Virus record (IMG/VR): IMGVR_UViG_3300044251_000017
Span: 1 to 61,246 of that record
Direction: 5' to 3' (one strand)
Source: a virus
Taxonomy: Duplodnaviria; Caudoviricetes
Length of the DNA: 61,246 nucleotides
The notes beneath the pieces are model-generated. The model worked only from the letters and a program-made list of their open reading frames with translations, did not search any database and was not told the DNA's origin. The position numbers and the translations under genes were made by a program. Numbering within the stretch: position 1 is the first letter of the stretch; every line of letters starts with the position of its first letter. This document shows, in pieces, positions 33,583 to 42,689 of this stretch.

Positions 33583-35372
33583 GTCCGTCTCAGGCTCGCG
33601 CCGAGTCGATCAATCTGCGGACTCCCGGCCTGCGACGGACGGGTGGACACCGTGCCCTGCGACCGGGAGAGAGACGTGTCTCCGGACCCGCGAGACATCT
33701 GATCGAGACCGTGCACGCAGGCGTCCATGCGGTCCGGGGAGTCCTGCGATTCCTGCCAGGCCACCATCTGGTGGACGAGTTCCATGTGATAGCCGACGTG
33801 GTGCACGCGGCCGGTCTCGTGCAGCGGTGCCACCATCTTGGCGCGGTACGTCTTGGAGCCCACCGCGCTGAATCCCCGGATCGGCAGGCCGGTGGCCGCA
33901 GGCAGCGCGAGCACGTTCGGCACGAGCGGCCAGAGCTCGCGGAGATCCCGCTCGATGCGGACGATCTCCTCGGCATCGGCGTCGTCACGGGCCACGAGCG
34001 CGACGGCCTGATCGAGCACGTCCGGCGGGGGCAGGGCCGGACGGCGGCCGAGCACGTTGCGGTAGGGGTCCAGGGTGTGCAGCGCCCGGGCTTCGCGCAG
34101 GATGTCCTTCCACGCGAGCTTGGCCGAGCGACGCAGGCCCGAGAGTGACTTCTCGTAGCGGACCGCGGTGGCCCCGACGCGCAGCGCCAGGAGGAGGGCG
34201 ACGCGGAACCAGCGCGCGACGGTCATGTGATCGGACTCGTCCGCCAGGACGTAGTAGTGCTGGTTGGCCGTCCGGCCCACCGCGACGATCCCGGCCTCAT
34301 CCCCGTCTCCCTCGTTGTCCGCGGGGTCCACGAACACCTCGATCTTTTGCAGCTCGGGCGCGGCCTTGACCCGGTTGTTGTTGATCCATTCGAGCTGGAA
34401 GACACCACCGGCCGGCGGCGACGGCTCGGCCTGGTAGAGCGCGGCCCAGAACCGTTCGCCCACGTCCTTGCGGATCTGTAGCCAGTCGGCCTCGGTCCGG
34501 CCGCGGGTGCTCACGAGGTACTCGCCCGGCTTGCGCCCGAGCGGGTCTTTCTTCTTGGCCTGCGCCGGGATGATGAGGTGACGGAACCGCGGCGTATCGG
34601 CGAGGTCGTCCTTGAGCATGAGCGAGCCGATGAGGTCGTCTTCGTGCCACCGTGTCCCGATGATGATCACGATCGCCGAGGGCGACAGCCGGGTAGTGAC
34701 GACGGATTCGTACCAGTCGCGAATGTGCTTGCGCTGTTGGGCGTTGTCGGCTTGCTTCGAGTTCTTGATCGAGTCGTCAATGATCATCACATCGGCCGAG
34801 CGGCCGGTGAGCGCGCCACCCACACCGACAGCGATCATGCCGCCGTTGCGCCGGCCGGGCCCGTCGATCAGGTTCCAGTTCGTCTGCTGCGCCCGGTCGG
34901 GGTCCAGCAACAGGCCGAGGTGGTCGTCCTGGTGGCGGCTCGCGCGGTCGCCCTTGTAGCCACCGCCGTAGGTCTCGATCTGCTGCCGGACGGCAAGCCC
35001 GGACCGCGCGGCCACGCCCTGCTCGTAGGACGCGACGATGATGCGGCGGGTCGGGTCACGCAGCAACAGCCACAGCGGGCCGGCCGTGCCCATCCGCTGC
35101 GTCTTGCCTTCCTGCGGTGGGGTGCTGATGATCCATCGCCGCTGGAACCCGGCGTCCGCCGAGATGATCACCTTGTCCAGCGCCACCATCATCTCGGTCT
35201 GCACCGTGTCCGGCTGCACGAACCGCGCGAGGTGGCCCGGCGAGGGGAACTCCTGTAGCGCCTTCTTGCGTCGCAGGATGCGATCTAGTCGCAGCTGCGC
35301 GAGACGGCGCTCGGCGGGGTTGAGCTCGTCCAGCTTCGCGCGGATCTGCGCGTCCAGCGGTGGGGCGGTCAC
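33579..35372 (-). CDS. terL: Terminase large subunit
   Basis: PPQEGKT, LTGRSAD..IIDD, GTRWHEDD, ALYQ, VDPA, SPDRMDA. Confidence 0.93.
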   Translation of the reverse strand: MTAPPLDAQIRAKLDELNPAERRLAQLRLDRILRRKKALQEFPSPGHLARFVQPDTVQTEMMVALDKVIISADAGFQRRWIISTPPQEGKTQRMGTAGPLWLLLRDPTRRIIVASYEQGVAARSGLAVRQQIETYGGGYKGDRASRHQDDHLGLLLDPDRAQQTNWNLIDGPGRRNGGMIAVGVGGALTGRSADVMIIDDSIKNSKQADNAQQRKHIRDWYESVVTTRLSPSAIVIIIGTRWHEDDLIGSLMLKDDLADTPRFRHLIIPAQAKKKDPLGRKPGEYLVSTRGRTEADWLQIRKDVGERFWAALYQAEPSPPAGGVFQLEWINNNRVKAAPELQKIEVFVDPADNEGDGDEAGIVAVGRTANQHYYVLADESDHMTVARWFRVALLLALRVGATAVRYEKSLSGLRRSAKLAWKDILREARALHTLDPYRNVLGRRPALPPPDVLDQAVALVARDDADAEEIVRIERDLRELWPLVPNVLALPAATGLPIRGFSAVGSKTYRAKMVAPLHETGRVHHVGYHMELVHQMVAWQESQDSPDRMDACVHGLDQMSRGSGDTSLSRSQGTVSTRPSQAGSPQIDRLGASLRRT

Positions 35373-35929
35373 CCGGCTTGCTCGGACTCGTCCGGGCGGG
35401 CATCGACGATGAACACGTCCGACTCAAGCAGCTTCGGGAGGTTGGCGTCCGTCGTCTCGATGAGCTTGACCACGTCGCCCACGGTGGTGTCGATCTTCTG
35501 GTTGCTGATCTGCACTTGGATAGCCTGCTTGAGGCCGAGGAGGTCCATCTCTCGGTCCACCACACCGAGCACGATGCGCGCGGACTTCTCGTCCCGGAGC
35601 ACGGTCGCGTCGTGCATGTGCGCCTTCTTGAGTTGTCGCAGCGTCTCAAGGGTGCTCATGACCAGCGTGTCGCGGACCGCGGTGTTCTCCTCGATCGAGC
35701 GCGCCATCTCGTCCGCGTAGAGCTTCGAGGCCTGCGGACGGGAGAGCTTGAGTTCGTCGGCCGCCTCGGCAATCGTGTAGCCAGCCGCCACTAACTTGAG
35801 GATGCTGTTTGCCAGAATGGCAAGCTGCGCGGCCGTGCGGCGGGGGGCCGTCTGGCGCTGCTTGCGCTTGGTCCCGGACGGCGGGAGCGAGGTCACGAGG
35901 TGCACCGGGGTGCGCTTTTTCGGGGGCAC
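35369..35929 (-). CDS. Terminase small subunit-like HTH protein
   Basis: GTG with AGGAGG RBS; GYTIAEAADELKLS HTH; directly upstream of terL. Confidence 0.65.
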   Translation of the reverse strand: MPPKKRTPVHLVTSLPPSGTKRKQRQTAPRRTAAQLAILANSILKLVAAGYTIAEAADELKLSRPQASKLYADEMARSIEENTAVRDTLVMSTLETLRQLKKAHMHDATVLRDEKSARIVLGVVDREMDLLGLKQAIQVQISNQKIDTTVGDVVKLIETTDANLPKLLESDVFIVDARPDESEQAG

Positions 35930-35963
35930 GAGCTTCCTCCTGTCGCGAGATGGCGTGCGATTC

Positions 35964-36572
35964 TCACGCGACCGGCAAGCGGTCCAGTCCGGTGATGCGG
36001 CGCAGCGTCTCCACCGCGACCTCGGGCCATTCGCCGAGGACGAACTCACAGTGCACGTCGGCGTCGGTGGTGACCATGACGTGCCTGGCCATGGCGTAGA
36101 AGTTCGCCGCGCGCGTGGCCTGGCCGCGGACCCACGTCTCGTTCTGGCCGCCACCTCGGGCTTTGCGGCGCAGCTCGGCGCCCGCGGGGTCATGGAAGTA
36201 GACGACCGTGAGCTTCACGCCACCGATCAGGCAAGCGCGGACGAACCGCCGGTTGGCCAGGCGGGCGCCCTCACCGAGCACGAGCGCGGTCTCGGTGGCA
36301 GCGGCGCCGGACACGAGCCAGGACTCGACGCCGACGATGGCGGACATGCTCATCGCGTCGGTGCCCGGGAATCCCTCGGGGTGCGGGCCGAACCGGCGGC
36401 CGAGTTCCACGCCGACGGTCTCGCCGTCTCGCGTGAGCGTCTCGCGCGCGGGTCCGCCCTTGAGCTTGTGCGACACGATCTCGCGGCCGTAGCCGTCGGT
36501 CAGATCGGACATGGCGGTGGACTTCCCCACGCCGGGCTCGCCAGCGAAGTACACGACGTGCGTCTTACTCAT
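35964..36572 (-). CDS. P-loop nucleotide kinase (leaderless)
   Basis: GEPGVGKST, FPGTDAMS, GEGARL. Confidence 0.75.
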   Translation of the reverse strand: MSKTHVVYFAGEPGVGKSTAMSDLTDGYGREIVSHKLKGGPARETLTRDGETVGVELGRRFGPHPEGFPGTDAMSMSAIVGVESWLVSGAAATETALVLGEGARLANRRFVRACLIGGVKLTVVYFHDPAGAELRRKARGGGQNETWVRGQATRAANFYAMARHVMVTTDADVHCEFVLGEWPEVAVETLRRITGLDRLPVA

Positions 36573-36578
36573 GAGGAA

Positions 36579-36600
36579 AGAGTACCCCCAAGAGTGGGGG
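36579..36600 (-). promoter_or_regulatory. Box abutting TACTCT -10 of the kinase-terminase operon
   Basis: cccccactcttggggg TACTCT-6 nt-ATG; poor -35. Confidence 0.7.
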
Positions 36601-36619
36601 TGTGATCAAAAAGTGATGG

Positions 36620-37048
36620 CTACACAGCGCCGAGGTAGGTGAACGAGATGTGGTTCTGATCGTCGGCTGCCTGCGTCATTGTGCCCGAGCCGGACAGGTC
36701 CCATCGCGTCATGATCTGACTGTTGACAGAGAACTCACGGGCGACCGTCACGTTGGGACTGTTGATCAATCCGGACATCGCCATCACCGTGCTCGTGCCG
36801 ATTCCGTTGAGACAGATGTTCAAGGTCGCCGTCACCGAGAACTTCGCGTTGGCTTCGATGATCCACCACCCTGGCGCCAAGAGCTGAAACGCCGTGACCT
36901 TCGGTGTCCCTGACTCGATCGGCAGCACGAGATCCGACCCTTTGCGGGTCGTGTTGTACCAGCCCTGGACGTTCCCCGAGGCGTAGTTGGCAGGGGTTGA
37001 GTTCTGCGTCCCGAGCTGGACATAGCGCGCGACAGCTTCCGCGGTCAT
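36620..37048 (-). CDS. Minor tail/fiber-associated protein
   Basis: Beta-rich; follows fiber genes. Confidence 0.55.
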   Translation of the reverse strand: MTAEAVARYVQLGTQNSTPANYASGNVQGWYNTTRKGSDLVLPIESGTPKVTAFQLLAPGWWIIEANAKFSVTATLNICLNGIGTSTVMAMSGLINSPNVTVAREFSVNSQIMTRWDLSGSGTMTQAADDQNHISFTYLGAV

Positions 37049-38352
37049 GCCATCACCAGCCCTCGCGTGAGCAGGTCGGCCATGGCGCGCGCCACCATGG
37101 ACTGCCCCGTGTTGGCCAGGTGGACCCCGGTCGGATCCACCCAATCGTCCGTGGTGTCGGCAGCCTGCGAGGTGGGGAACAGCGGCTGAAGATCGAGGTA
37201 GGCGCACCCCGTGTTGGCCGCGGCAACCGCGCGATGAGCGGCCTTGTACTCTGCCCACGTCGGCGACAGGCCCGGCGCGACATCCCACCGGTCGAAGTGC
37301 GAGCAGATCAGGAATGACATCGGCCGGGTCTGCGCGGCGCGGTACTTCGTAATGATCGCATTGAGGTTCGCCGTGAACGTCGAGATCGAGACGCTGTTGG
37401 CGTAGTCGTTGGCGCCCACGTAGAGCACGATCAAGTCGACGCCGCGGCCACCCTGGTAGCCGTCCAGCTTGGTGAGCGTGCTCGCGGCGGTGTTCGCCTC
37501 GGTGGTGTTGGCGGCGAAGTTGCTGGACAACGTCGCGCCGTACGCCATGTTGAACACCTTGACCCCGCGGCCGGCGTCGCCATCGACCACGTAGAGCTGT
37601 TCGAGCACCGGCGTGCCGCTGATCACCGAGAACTCGACGGTGTACCGGCCGCGCGTCGGGAGCTGCTGGCCGGTCAGGGACACCGAGTACTGCGCGATGC
37701 CGGTGTTCTGCGGGACGGCGGCGTTCTCGGCCCACTTCCCCGTCCGGTTCGGATCGTAGCCACCGGCGTAGATCGAGAACCCGAGCTGCCCGAGCTGCGA
37801 GGCGCCGTCTTCCGTCCACCACATAAACCCGGTGGCGGCGTCCGCGGTGTGCGCGATGCGAGCCCCGGCGTTCAGTTGGAGGATCTTCGCGCCCATCCCC
37901 CGCGTCAGCAGCGTGGTGGTCCCGGAGATCACCCGCCAGGGATCGGGGAACCCGCCACCCGCACCGCAGTACGCGGGCCGGACGTTGTAGCCGCCGATCT
38001 GAGCGGTGTTCATGTATTGGGTTTTGTCGCCAAGGGCGGTGTTCACCCAGTTCGGCCGGGCGAACGACTGCACCCCGTTGAGGAAGTCTTGCAGCTTGAG
38101 GCCCATGTAATCGAAGTAGTTCGTCAAGTCCGGCGACGTGCCGACACCGAGGCCCTGGCCGTACGGGATCGAGTCCCCGACCAGTGCGACGGTCACCTGT
38201 CGCGAGTCGCGTCGTGAGTACGCCTGCCACCACGCGGCGAGCGGGTCCGCGGTGGTGACCCGGCTCAAGTCGACGTACGCCTTGTTGGCCAGCCCCACGG
38301 GCAGCGCGGGCGCGTTGGGATCGGTGGCGCCCCCGACGAAACGGCGGGGCAC
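37045..38352 (-). CDS. SGNH/GDSL esterase-containing tail-associated protein
   Basis: ANKAYVD, GDSI, GANDY, DPTGVH. Confidence 0.8.
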   Translation of the reverse strand: MPRRFVGGATDPNAPALPVGLANKAYVDLSRVTTADPLAAWWQAYSRRDSRQVTVALVGDSIPYGQGLGVGTSPDLTNYFDYMGLKLQDFLNGVQSFARPNWVNTALGDKTQYMNTAQIGGYNVRPAYCGAGGGFPDPWRVISGTTTLLTRGMGAKILQLNAGARIAHTADAATGFMWWTEDGASQLGQLGFSIYAGGYDPNRTGKWAENAAVPQNTGIAQYSVSLTGQQLPTRGRYTVEFSVISGTPVLEQLYVVDGDAGRGVKVFNMAYGATLSSNFAANTTEANTAASTLTKLDGYQGGRGVDLIVLYVGANDYANSVSISTFTANLNAIITKYRAAQTRPMSFLICSHFDRWDVAPGLSPTWAEYKAAHRAVAAANTGCAYLDLQPLFPTSQAADTTDDWVDPTGVHLANTGQSMVARAMADLLTRGLVMA

Positions 38353-39491
38353 TATCCGATCACCTGAATGATGTAGGCGTTCGCGACGTACCCGTTGGGC
38401 AGGTTGATCGTGAGGTTGTTGAGGTCGGTGCCCGAGGTCGGCTTGTTGTCGACCTCGACTTGCTGGCCGGGGTCCGCACCGGCGCTGCCGAACCGGATGG
38501 TCAGCGTGGGACACAGGTTGTTGAGCGCGTGGTTGATGGTGACCGCGATGAACCCGGACCCGCCCGAGTCCGCCGCACCGACCGTGAAGATTCCGGTGGT
38601 GGCCGTCGGCACGGTGCCGCGGATCTTCCGGCCGACTACGGTCACGTCGATGTCCGCCGAGGCGCCGTCCGTGCCGACGGTCGCCATGCCGATGCCCGGC
38701 TTGAACCCGACCTTGTTGCCCACGACCGTGATGCCGTAGCCGGCTGCGATGGTCAGCGAGAACGGGGCGATCCAGGTCTGCACGTCGGTGTCCACCACGA
38801 TGGCGCCGTTGGTGCCGGTGCCGGTCGCGGTCTGCATGAACAGCGTGCGGGTGGTGCCGTTGAACGCCTCGACTACGGTGCCCGCGACGATCGCACCCGT
38901 GTTGCCGGTGGGCGAGTCGGCCGGGCGCGTCATCGGGACCGCGGCGCCGTTCCACTGCCAGAGGCCATCTTGGACGTGGTTCGTGTTGTTCGTGTTGAGC
39001 ACCCGGTCACCGGGCAGCATGGTCCGGCCGTTGAGCGCGGCGCCGGCCGCGGCGATCACGGCGTTGGCCACCGTGGCAATGTCGGCGTGCTCCTTGAAGT
39101 CCATGCCGACCTGGATGTTGGACAGTGCGGCCTGGAACTGCGCGTACTCGACAGCCTGCCCGCCGGTGGTGGCGGTGGCGAGGCCGCTGAATTGCTGCGA
39201 GTTCATGTTGACCGAGGCGTTCGGCGGGAGCATCGAGGCCCACCGGATGGCCTGGACGGCCGCCGTGAAGTCCGAGATGGTGACCGCGGTCTGCGTGCCG
39301 GTCATGCTGCCGCGGTCGCGCAGGTCGATCGTGGTGCCGCCGATGCGCACCTTGATCGTGGAGTTCGTGGTATCCAGCCAGATCCGACCGTCGACTGGCG
39401 TGCCGCCCGGGCTGCCAGCGATCGCCTCAAGGACGGCGTTCATCCACGGGTGGTTGAGGAAGTCGACGATCGCATCGAATTTGCGAGACAT
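38352..39491 (-). CDS. Tail fiber-like minor tail protein
   Basis: HTGTQ-like MTGTQ, GDRVL...QDGLW, TINHAL. Confidence 0.7.
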   Translation of the reverse strand: MSRKFDAIVDFLNHPWMNAVLEAIAGSPGGTPVDGRIWLDTTNSTIKVRIGGTTIDLRDRGSMTGTQTAVTISDFTAAVQAIRWASMLPPNASVNMNSQQFSGLATATTGGQAVEYAQFQAALSNIQVGMDFKEHADIATVANAVIAAAGAALNGRTMLPGDRVLNTNNTNHVQDGLWQWNGAAVPMTRPADSPTGNTGAIVAGTVVEAFNGTTRTLFMQTATGTGTNGAIVVDTDVQTWIAPFSLTIAAGYGITVVGNKVGFKPGIGMATVGTDGASADIDVTVVGRKIRGTVPTATTGIFTVGAADSGGSGFIAVTINHALNNLCPTLTIRFGSAGADPGQQVEVDNKPTSGTDLNNLTINLPNGYVANAYIIQVIG

Positions 39492-39504
39492 GATCAGGCC
39501 CCTT

Positions 39505-40074
39505 TCAAGAGCAGTAGGCCCGAGCCGGTCCGACCGGGGATAGCCACGTCAGGATGGTGGTGTTCGGGTCCGGGTCCCGGCGCTTGTGCCAGCCGATCCA
39601 GTCGGAATCAGCACCGGGATCGAGGCCCTCGTAAGCTTCGATTACCGGCGGGTAACCGAGGTTGTGCGGGATCGTCCAGTCCCTCGCCGCGGTGTTCTGT
39701 AGCCAGGTGAACCGGCCCGACGGCACGGTGGGCCCGGTGCCCGAGCTGCCGGGCGGCACGTAGACGAGCAGGTCGCGCAGCTGATAGTCCCCGCCGTCCG
39801 GCATCCGAATGGCCCACTTCTCGCCGTCGGGCGCGCACGTCTCGTCTACCAGGTAGTAGGTATCGGCCTGCTCGAACTCGCTGTTGGCGAGGAGGGTGGC
39901 CGTCCAGATCCCGTTGTGGTCGGTGTCGACGGCTTGGCGCTGGATGACCTCGCCTGCGCCGGTGAGCAGGAACGGGTTAAGCGGGGCGATCAGCGAGATC
40001 TTGACCGTGACGTTGTTGAGGCCGCGCCCGGCGCCGTCCATCAACGCGTTGCTCACCGTGCCGCTGATCGCCAC
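39505..40074 (-). CDS. Minor tail protein
   Basis: TDHNGIWTATL, WTIPHNLGYPP. Confidence 0.65.
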   Translation of the reverse strand: MAISGTVSNALMDGAGRGLNNVTVKISLIAPLNPFLLTGAGEVIQRQAVDTDHNGIWTATLLANSEFEQADTYYLVDETCAPDGEKWAIRMPDGGDYQLRDLLVYVPPGSSGTGPTVPSGRFTWLQNTAARDWTIPHNLGYPPVIEAYEGLDPGADSDWIGWHKRRDPDPNTTILTWLSPVGPARAYCS

Positions 40075-40474
40075 TCGCCACCTCCACGATTGTGAGGATC
40101 ACTCTAGGGCGGGGGTCGTTTGCGGGGTCCTCATCTCGCGGAACCACGAGCGAGGACGTGCGGCGGACATACCGCCAGTGATCATCTTTCCAGACACCCG
40201 CCTGGACGAGACCGTCTAACGTGGGTTTCAAGGTGTCACTTATGTTGTCAGCGTCTGCGATGCGCTGCGAGCCCGGATACCAGGCGAGTTCGACATCGGC
40301 GCGACCCACGTTGATCAAGTTCTCGGTGGTGGCCCAGTGCTTGGCGAGGTAGTAAAGATCTTGCTTGACCTGCTTGTAGATCTTGTGTGCCGGTGACCAG
40401 TGCTGCCGGGTATTGGCCGACAGCGGCGGCCGGACGTAGGGGAGGGGGAGTACCCAGGTCCGGCCGCCGGTCAT
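39977..40474 (-). CDS. rusA: RusA-like Holliday junction resolvase
   Basis: PLSAN, DADNI...KPTLDGL...DD. Confidence 0.8.
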   Translation of the reverse strand: MTGGRTWVLPLPYVRPPLSANTRQHWSPAHKIYKQVKQDLYYLAKHWATTENLINVGRADVELAWYPGSQRIADADNISDTLKPTLDGLVQAGVWKDDHWRYVRRTSSLVVPRDEDPANDPRPRVILTIVEVASGDQRHGEQRVDGRRRARPQQRHGQDLADRPA

Positions 40475-40848
40475 CAGGCAGCCCGCATGTTCGTCACGGT
40501 GCCACCGGCGGCGTTCACCGGTGCCGTGACCTGCGTCCGCACGAACGCCGCGAACGCGGCCGTCACGAGGACCATCACGAGGGACTGCTTGTCCGCGGAC
40601 CAGTGTGCACCGAACGCCAGACCGAGCGCCATGATGGCCTTGATGCCGCCCGAGATAGCGGGCAGCCAGGCGTCACCCTTGACGGCCGCCGCGGTCACGA
40701 GGCCGAGCACGGCGACGGCCACCGCGTTGAGCACGCCCTGCTGATCGGCCGTGAGGTGGAAGAAAAAGCCGCTCACGCCCTGGATGAGCGCGGCCACGAA
40801 CGCCAGGATGACGGCCGGCTCGCGGCCCCAGATCTTAACTACGGTCAT
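40474..40848 (-). CDS. Holin
   Basis: GREPA start, 4 TM, RTQVT end; next to endolysin. Confidence 0.8.
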   Translation of the reverse strand: MTVVKIWGREPAVILAFVAALIQGVSGFFFHLTADQQGVLNAVAVAVLGLVTAAAVKGDAWLPAISGGIKAIMALGLAFGAHWSADKQSLVMVLVTAAFAAFVRTQVTAPVNAAGGTVTNMRAA

Positions 40849-40893
40849 CGGTTTTCGTTCCCTTGCTGGTAGGTCGAACCGGATACGCGTGGT

Positions 40894-41832
40894 TTACGCG
40901 CACCACACTTGGAAGTCATGGTCAGCCTGGTAGCGCAGCTGGACCACGCGCGTGCCGGAACCGACGGCGATCGGGCCTGGCTGGTCCGGGTTGATATCGA
41001 CGGCATCCCCGATCCGCGTGTACTCGGGGGTGCCTTTGCCGTTGTTGTCCTTGATACCGACGGCGCTGATGACCTTGACCTTGCGGCCGAACCCGGTCGC
41101 GATGTACAGCGAGGTGAAGCCGTTGCACGGCACCGACACGTAGTTGTCGCCGGACAGTGCGATCGTCGGGACGCCGTTCGCGTCCAGCGGGCGCGGCGGG
41201 CAGGTTGCGGGAGCAAGCACGAAGTCGTCCTCTCGGAAGGCGGCCGGCTGGCCGCTCGGGGTGATGGCTGATCGGTCGTAAGGGATCTCGCCCTTGTTGA
41301 GGTCCACGTACGTGCCCGGGATGCCGGGGAGCTGCCCGGAACTGGAGTACTGCCACGTCCGGTAGGGGTTCTTGGGCACGGCGCCGTAGCGAGCGATCCA
41401 GGGCCACACCTCGGGCACGGCCGCACGGACCGCGGGCAGCGTGTAGCCCATCAACGAGTCGTTGGCGTAGAAGACCGGCAGCCGGCCGGCGTCGCGGATG
41501 CGGCGCAGGAAGCGGATGGCGAAGTCCGTCGCGGTCGCGCCCGGCACGAACGGCGCCTCAAGATCGAGCGCCCGACCGAGGTCGCCGAGGTTGAGCCGGT
41601 CCGCCTGCGTGAGCAAGAGGTTGGCCTGCGCGATGGGGTCGCCCGGCTGCCCATAGTGGTAAGCGCCCATGGCCACGCCGGCGAGCCGGCCCGCGGCGCC
41701 GTAGCCCTTGGTCTCGCGCATCGTCATGCCATCGGAGACCTTGACGAAACAGAAGTCCCGACCCGCACCCTTGACCCTGATGAAATCCACCGAAGTTTGG
41801 ATCTTGGTGTAAACGTCGATACCCTCGCTCAT
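40894..41832 (-). CDS. Endolysin, GH25 muramidase
   Basis: GIDV, KVSDG, GAYHY, LDLE, WIARY, WQYSSSG, VDLN. Confidence 0.9.
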   Translation of the reverse strand: MSEGIDVYTKIQTSVDFIRVKGAGRDFCFVKVSDGMTMRETKGYGAAGRLAGVAMGAYHYGQPGDPIAQANLLLTQADRLNLGDLGRALDLEAPFVPGATATDFAIRFLRRIRDAGRLPVFYANDSLMGYTLPAVRAAVPEVWPWIARYGAVPKNPYRTWQYSSSGQLPGIPGTYVDLNKGEIPYDRSAITPSGQPAAFREDDFVLAPATCPPRPLDANGVPTIALSGDNYVSVPCNGFTSLYIATGFGRKVKVISAVGIKDNNGKGTPEYTRIGDAVDINPDQPGPIAVGSGTRVVQLRYQADHDFQVWCA

Positions 41833-42641
41833 ACGATCACCGGCACCGAGACATCGCCGTGCAGCCCGAGCAGGGTCCGCATGTCGCCGAACCCGATCCA
41901 GGCGAAGCCCTGCTCTGCCCAGTTCTCGCCCCACGAGTTGCAGATCCGGATGGCCTGGCGCTCGAAGTCGATACCCTGGCCGACGATCTGGTGACCGCCG
42001 GCGAGTCCCGTCTCGGGCCGCACGTCCACGACGTAGTCCTCATCGACACGGAACATGCTCTCGAACCACGGCAGCCCGAGCGAGACCGGCGTCACCTGCA
42101 ACAGCCGGGCCAGCGTGTCGAACGAAAAGGCGTGCCGGTACTGCGTGATCAGCTTCCAGTCGCGCAGCGTTTTCATGCTCCACAGTCCGGTGGATCCAGT
42201 GTCCTCGGCCGGATAGCTGCCGGGGATCTGCCGATCGTCGAGCTCGGTCTCACGCCCGTAGAAGCGCAGCACGTCGTCCTCGCTGTAGAGCTTGCTCGTG
42301 CGGTTGAGGCCGGCCTGCCAGGAGAAGTACGGCTCGCTCATCATCAGGCCGAGCGCGGCGTGCGCCGTGCAGCTGCCGGTCTCGCCCTGGTCCCACGGCG
42401 GGATGACCCGCGGGTGGATCACGGTCGCCTGCCGTCGGACGATTCCGCGCACGAGCACGTCCGCGTCGAACGCGCGGGACCGGTCATCGTGGAGCACGTG
42501 CCGGCCGAGGCCGGGCGCCTGCTCGAATCGGTGAAACACCTGCCCCGGCACCGGGTCCACGCCGAGCGTGAAGTCCCTGCCAGGTGTTGCGGGAGGACGA
42601 TCGGCGAGTCCGTCGCCGTCGGCGTCCGTGTGCTGTCCCAT
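41829..42641 (-). CDS. Papain-like (C1) cysteine peptidase
   Basis: DQGETGSCTAH, GGH, NSWGENW..G. Confidence 0.85.
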   Translation of the reverse strand: MGQHTDADGDGLADRPPATPGRDFTLGVDPVPGQVFHRFEQAPGLGRHVLHDDRSRAFDADVLVRGIVRRQATVIHPRVIPPWDQGETGSCTAHAALGLMMSEPYFSWQAGLNRTSKLYSEDDVLRFYGRETELDDRQIPGSYPAEDTGSTGLWSMKTLRDWKLITQYRHAFSFDTLARLLQVTPVSLGLPWFESMFRVDEDYVVDVRPETGLAGGHQIVGQGIDFERQAIRICNSWGENWAEQGFAWIGFGDMRTLLGLHGDVSVPVIV

Positions 42642-42673
42642 TCCATCACCTCGGGCTTGACGATACCGTCTGT

Positions 42674-42689
42674 CCCCCCGCAACGGGGG
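42674..42689. promoter_or_regulatory. Box upstream of lysis operon
   Basis: cccccgttgcgggggg on minus strand, TATCGT 8 nt downstream. Confidence 0.6.
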
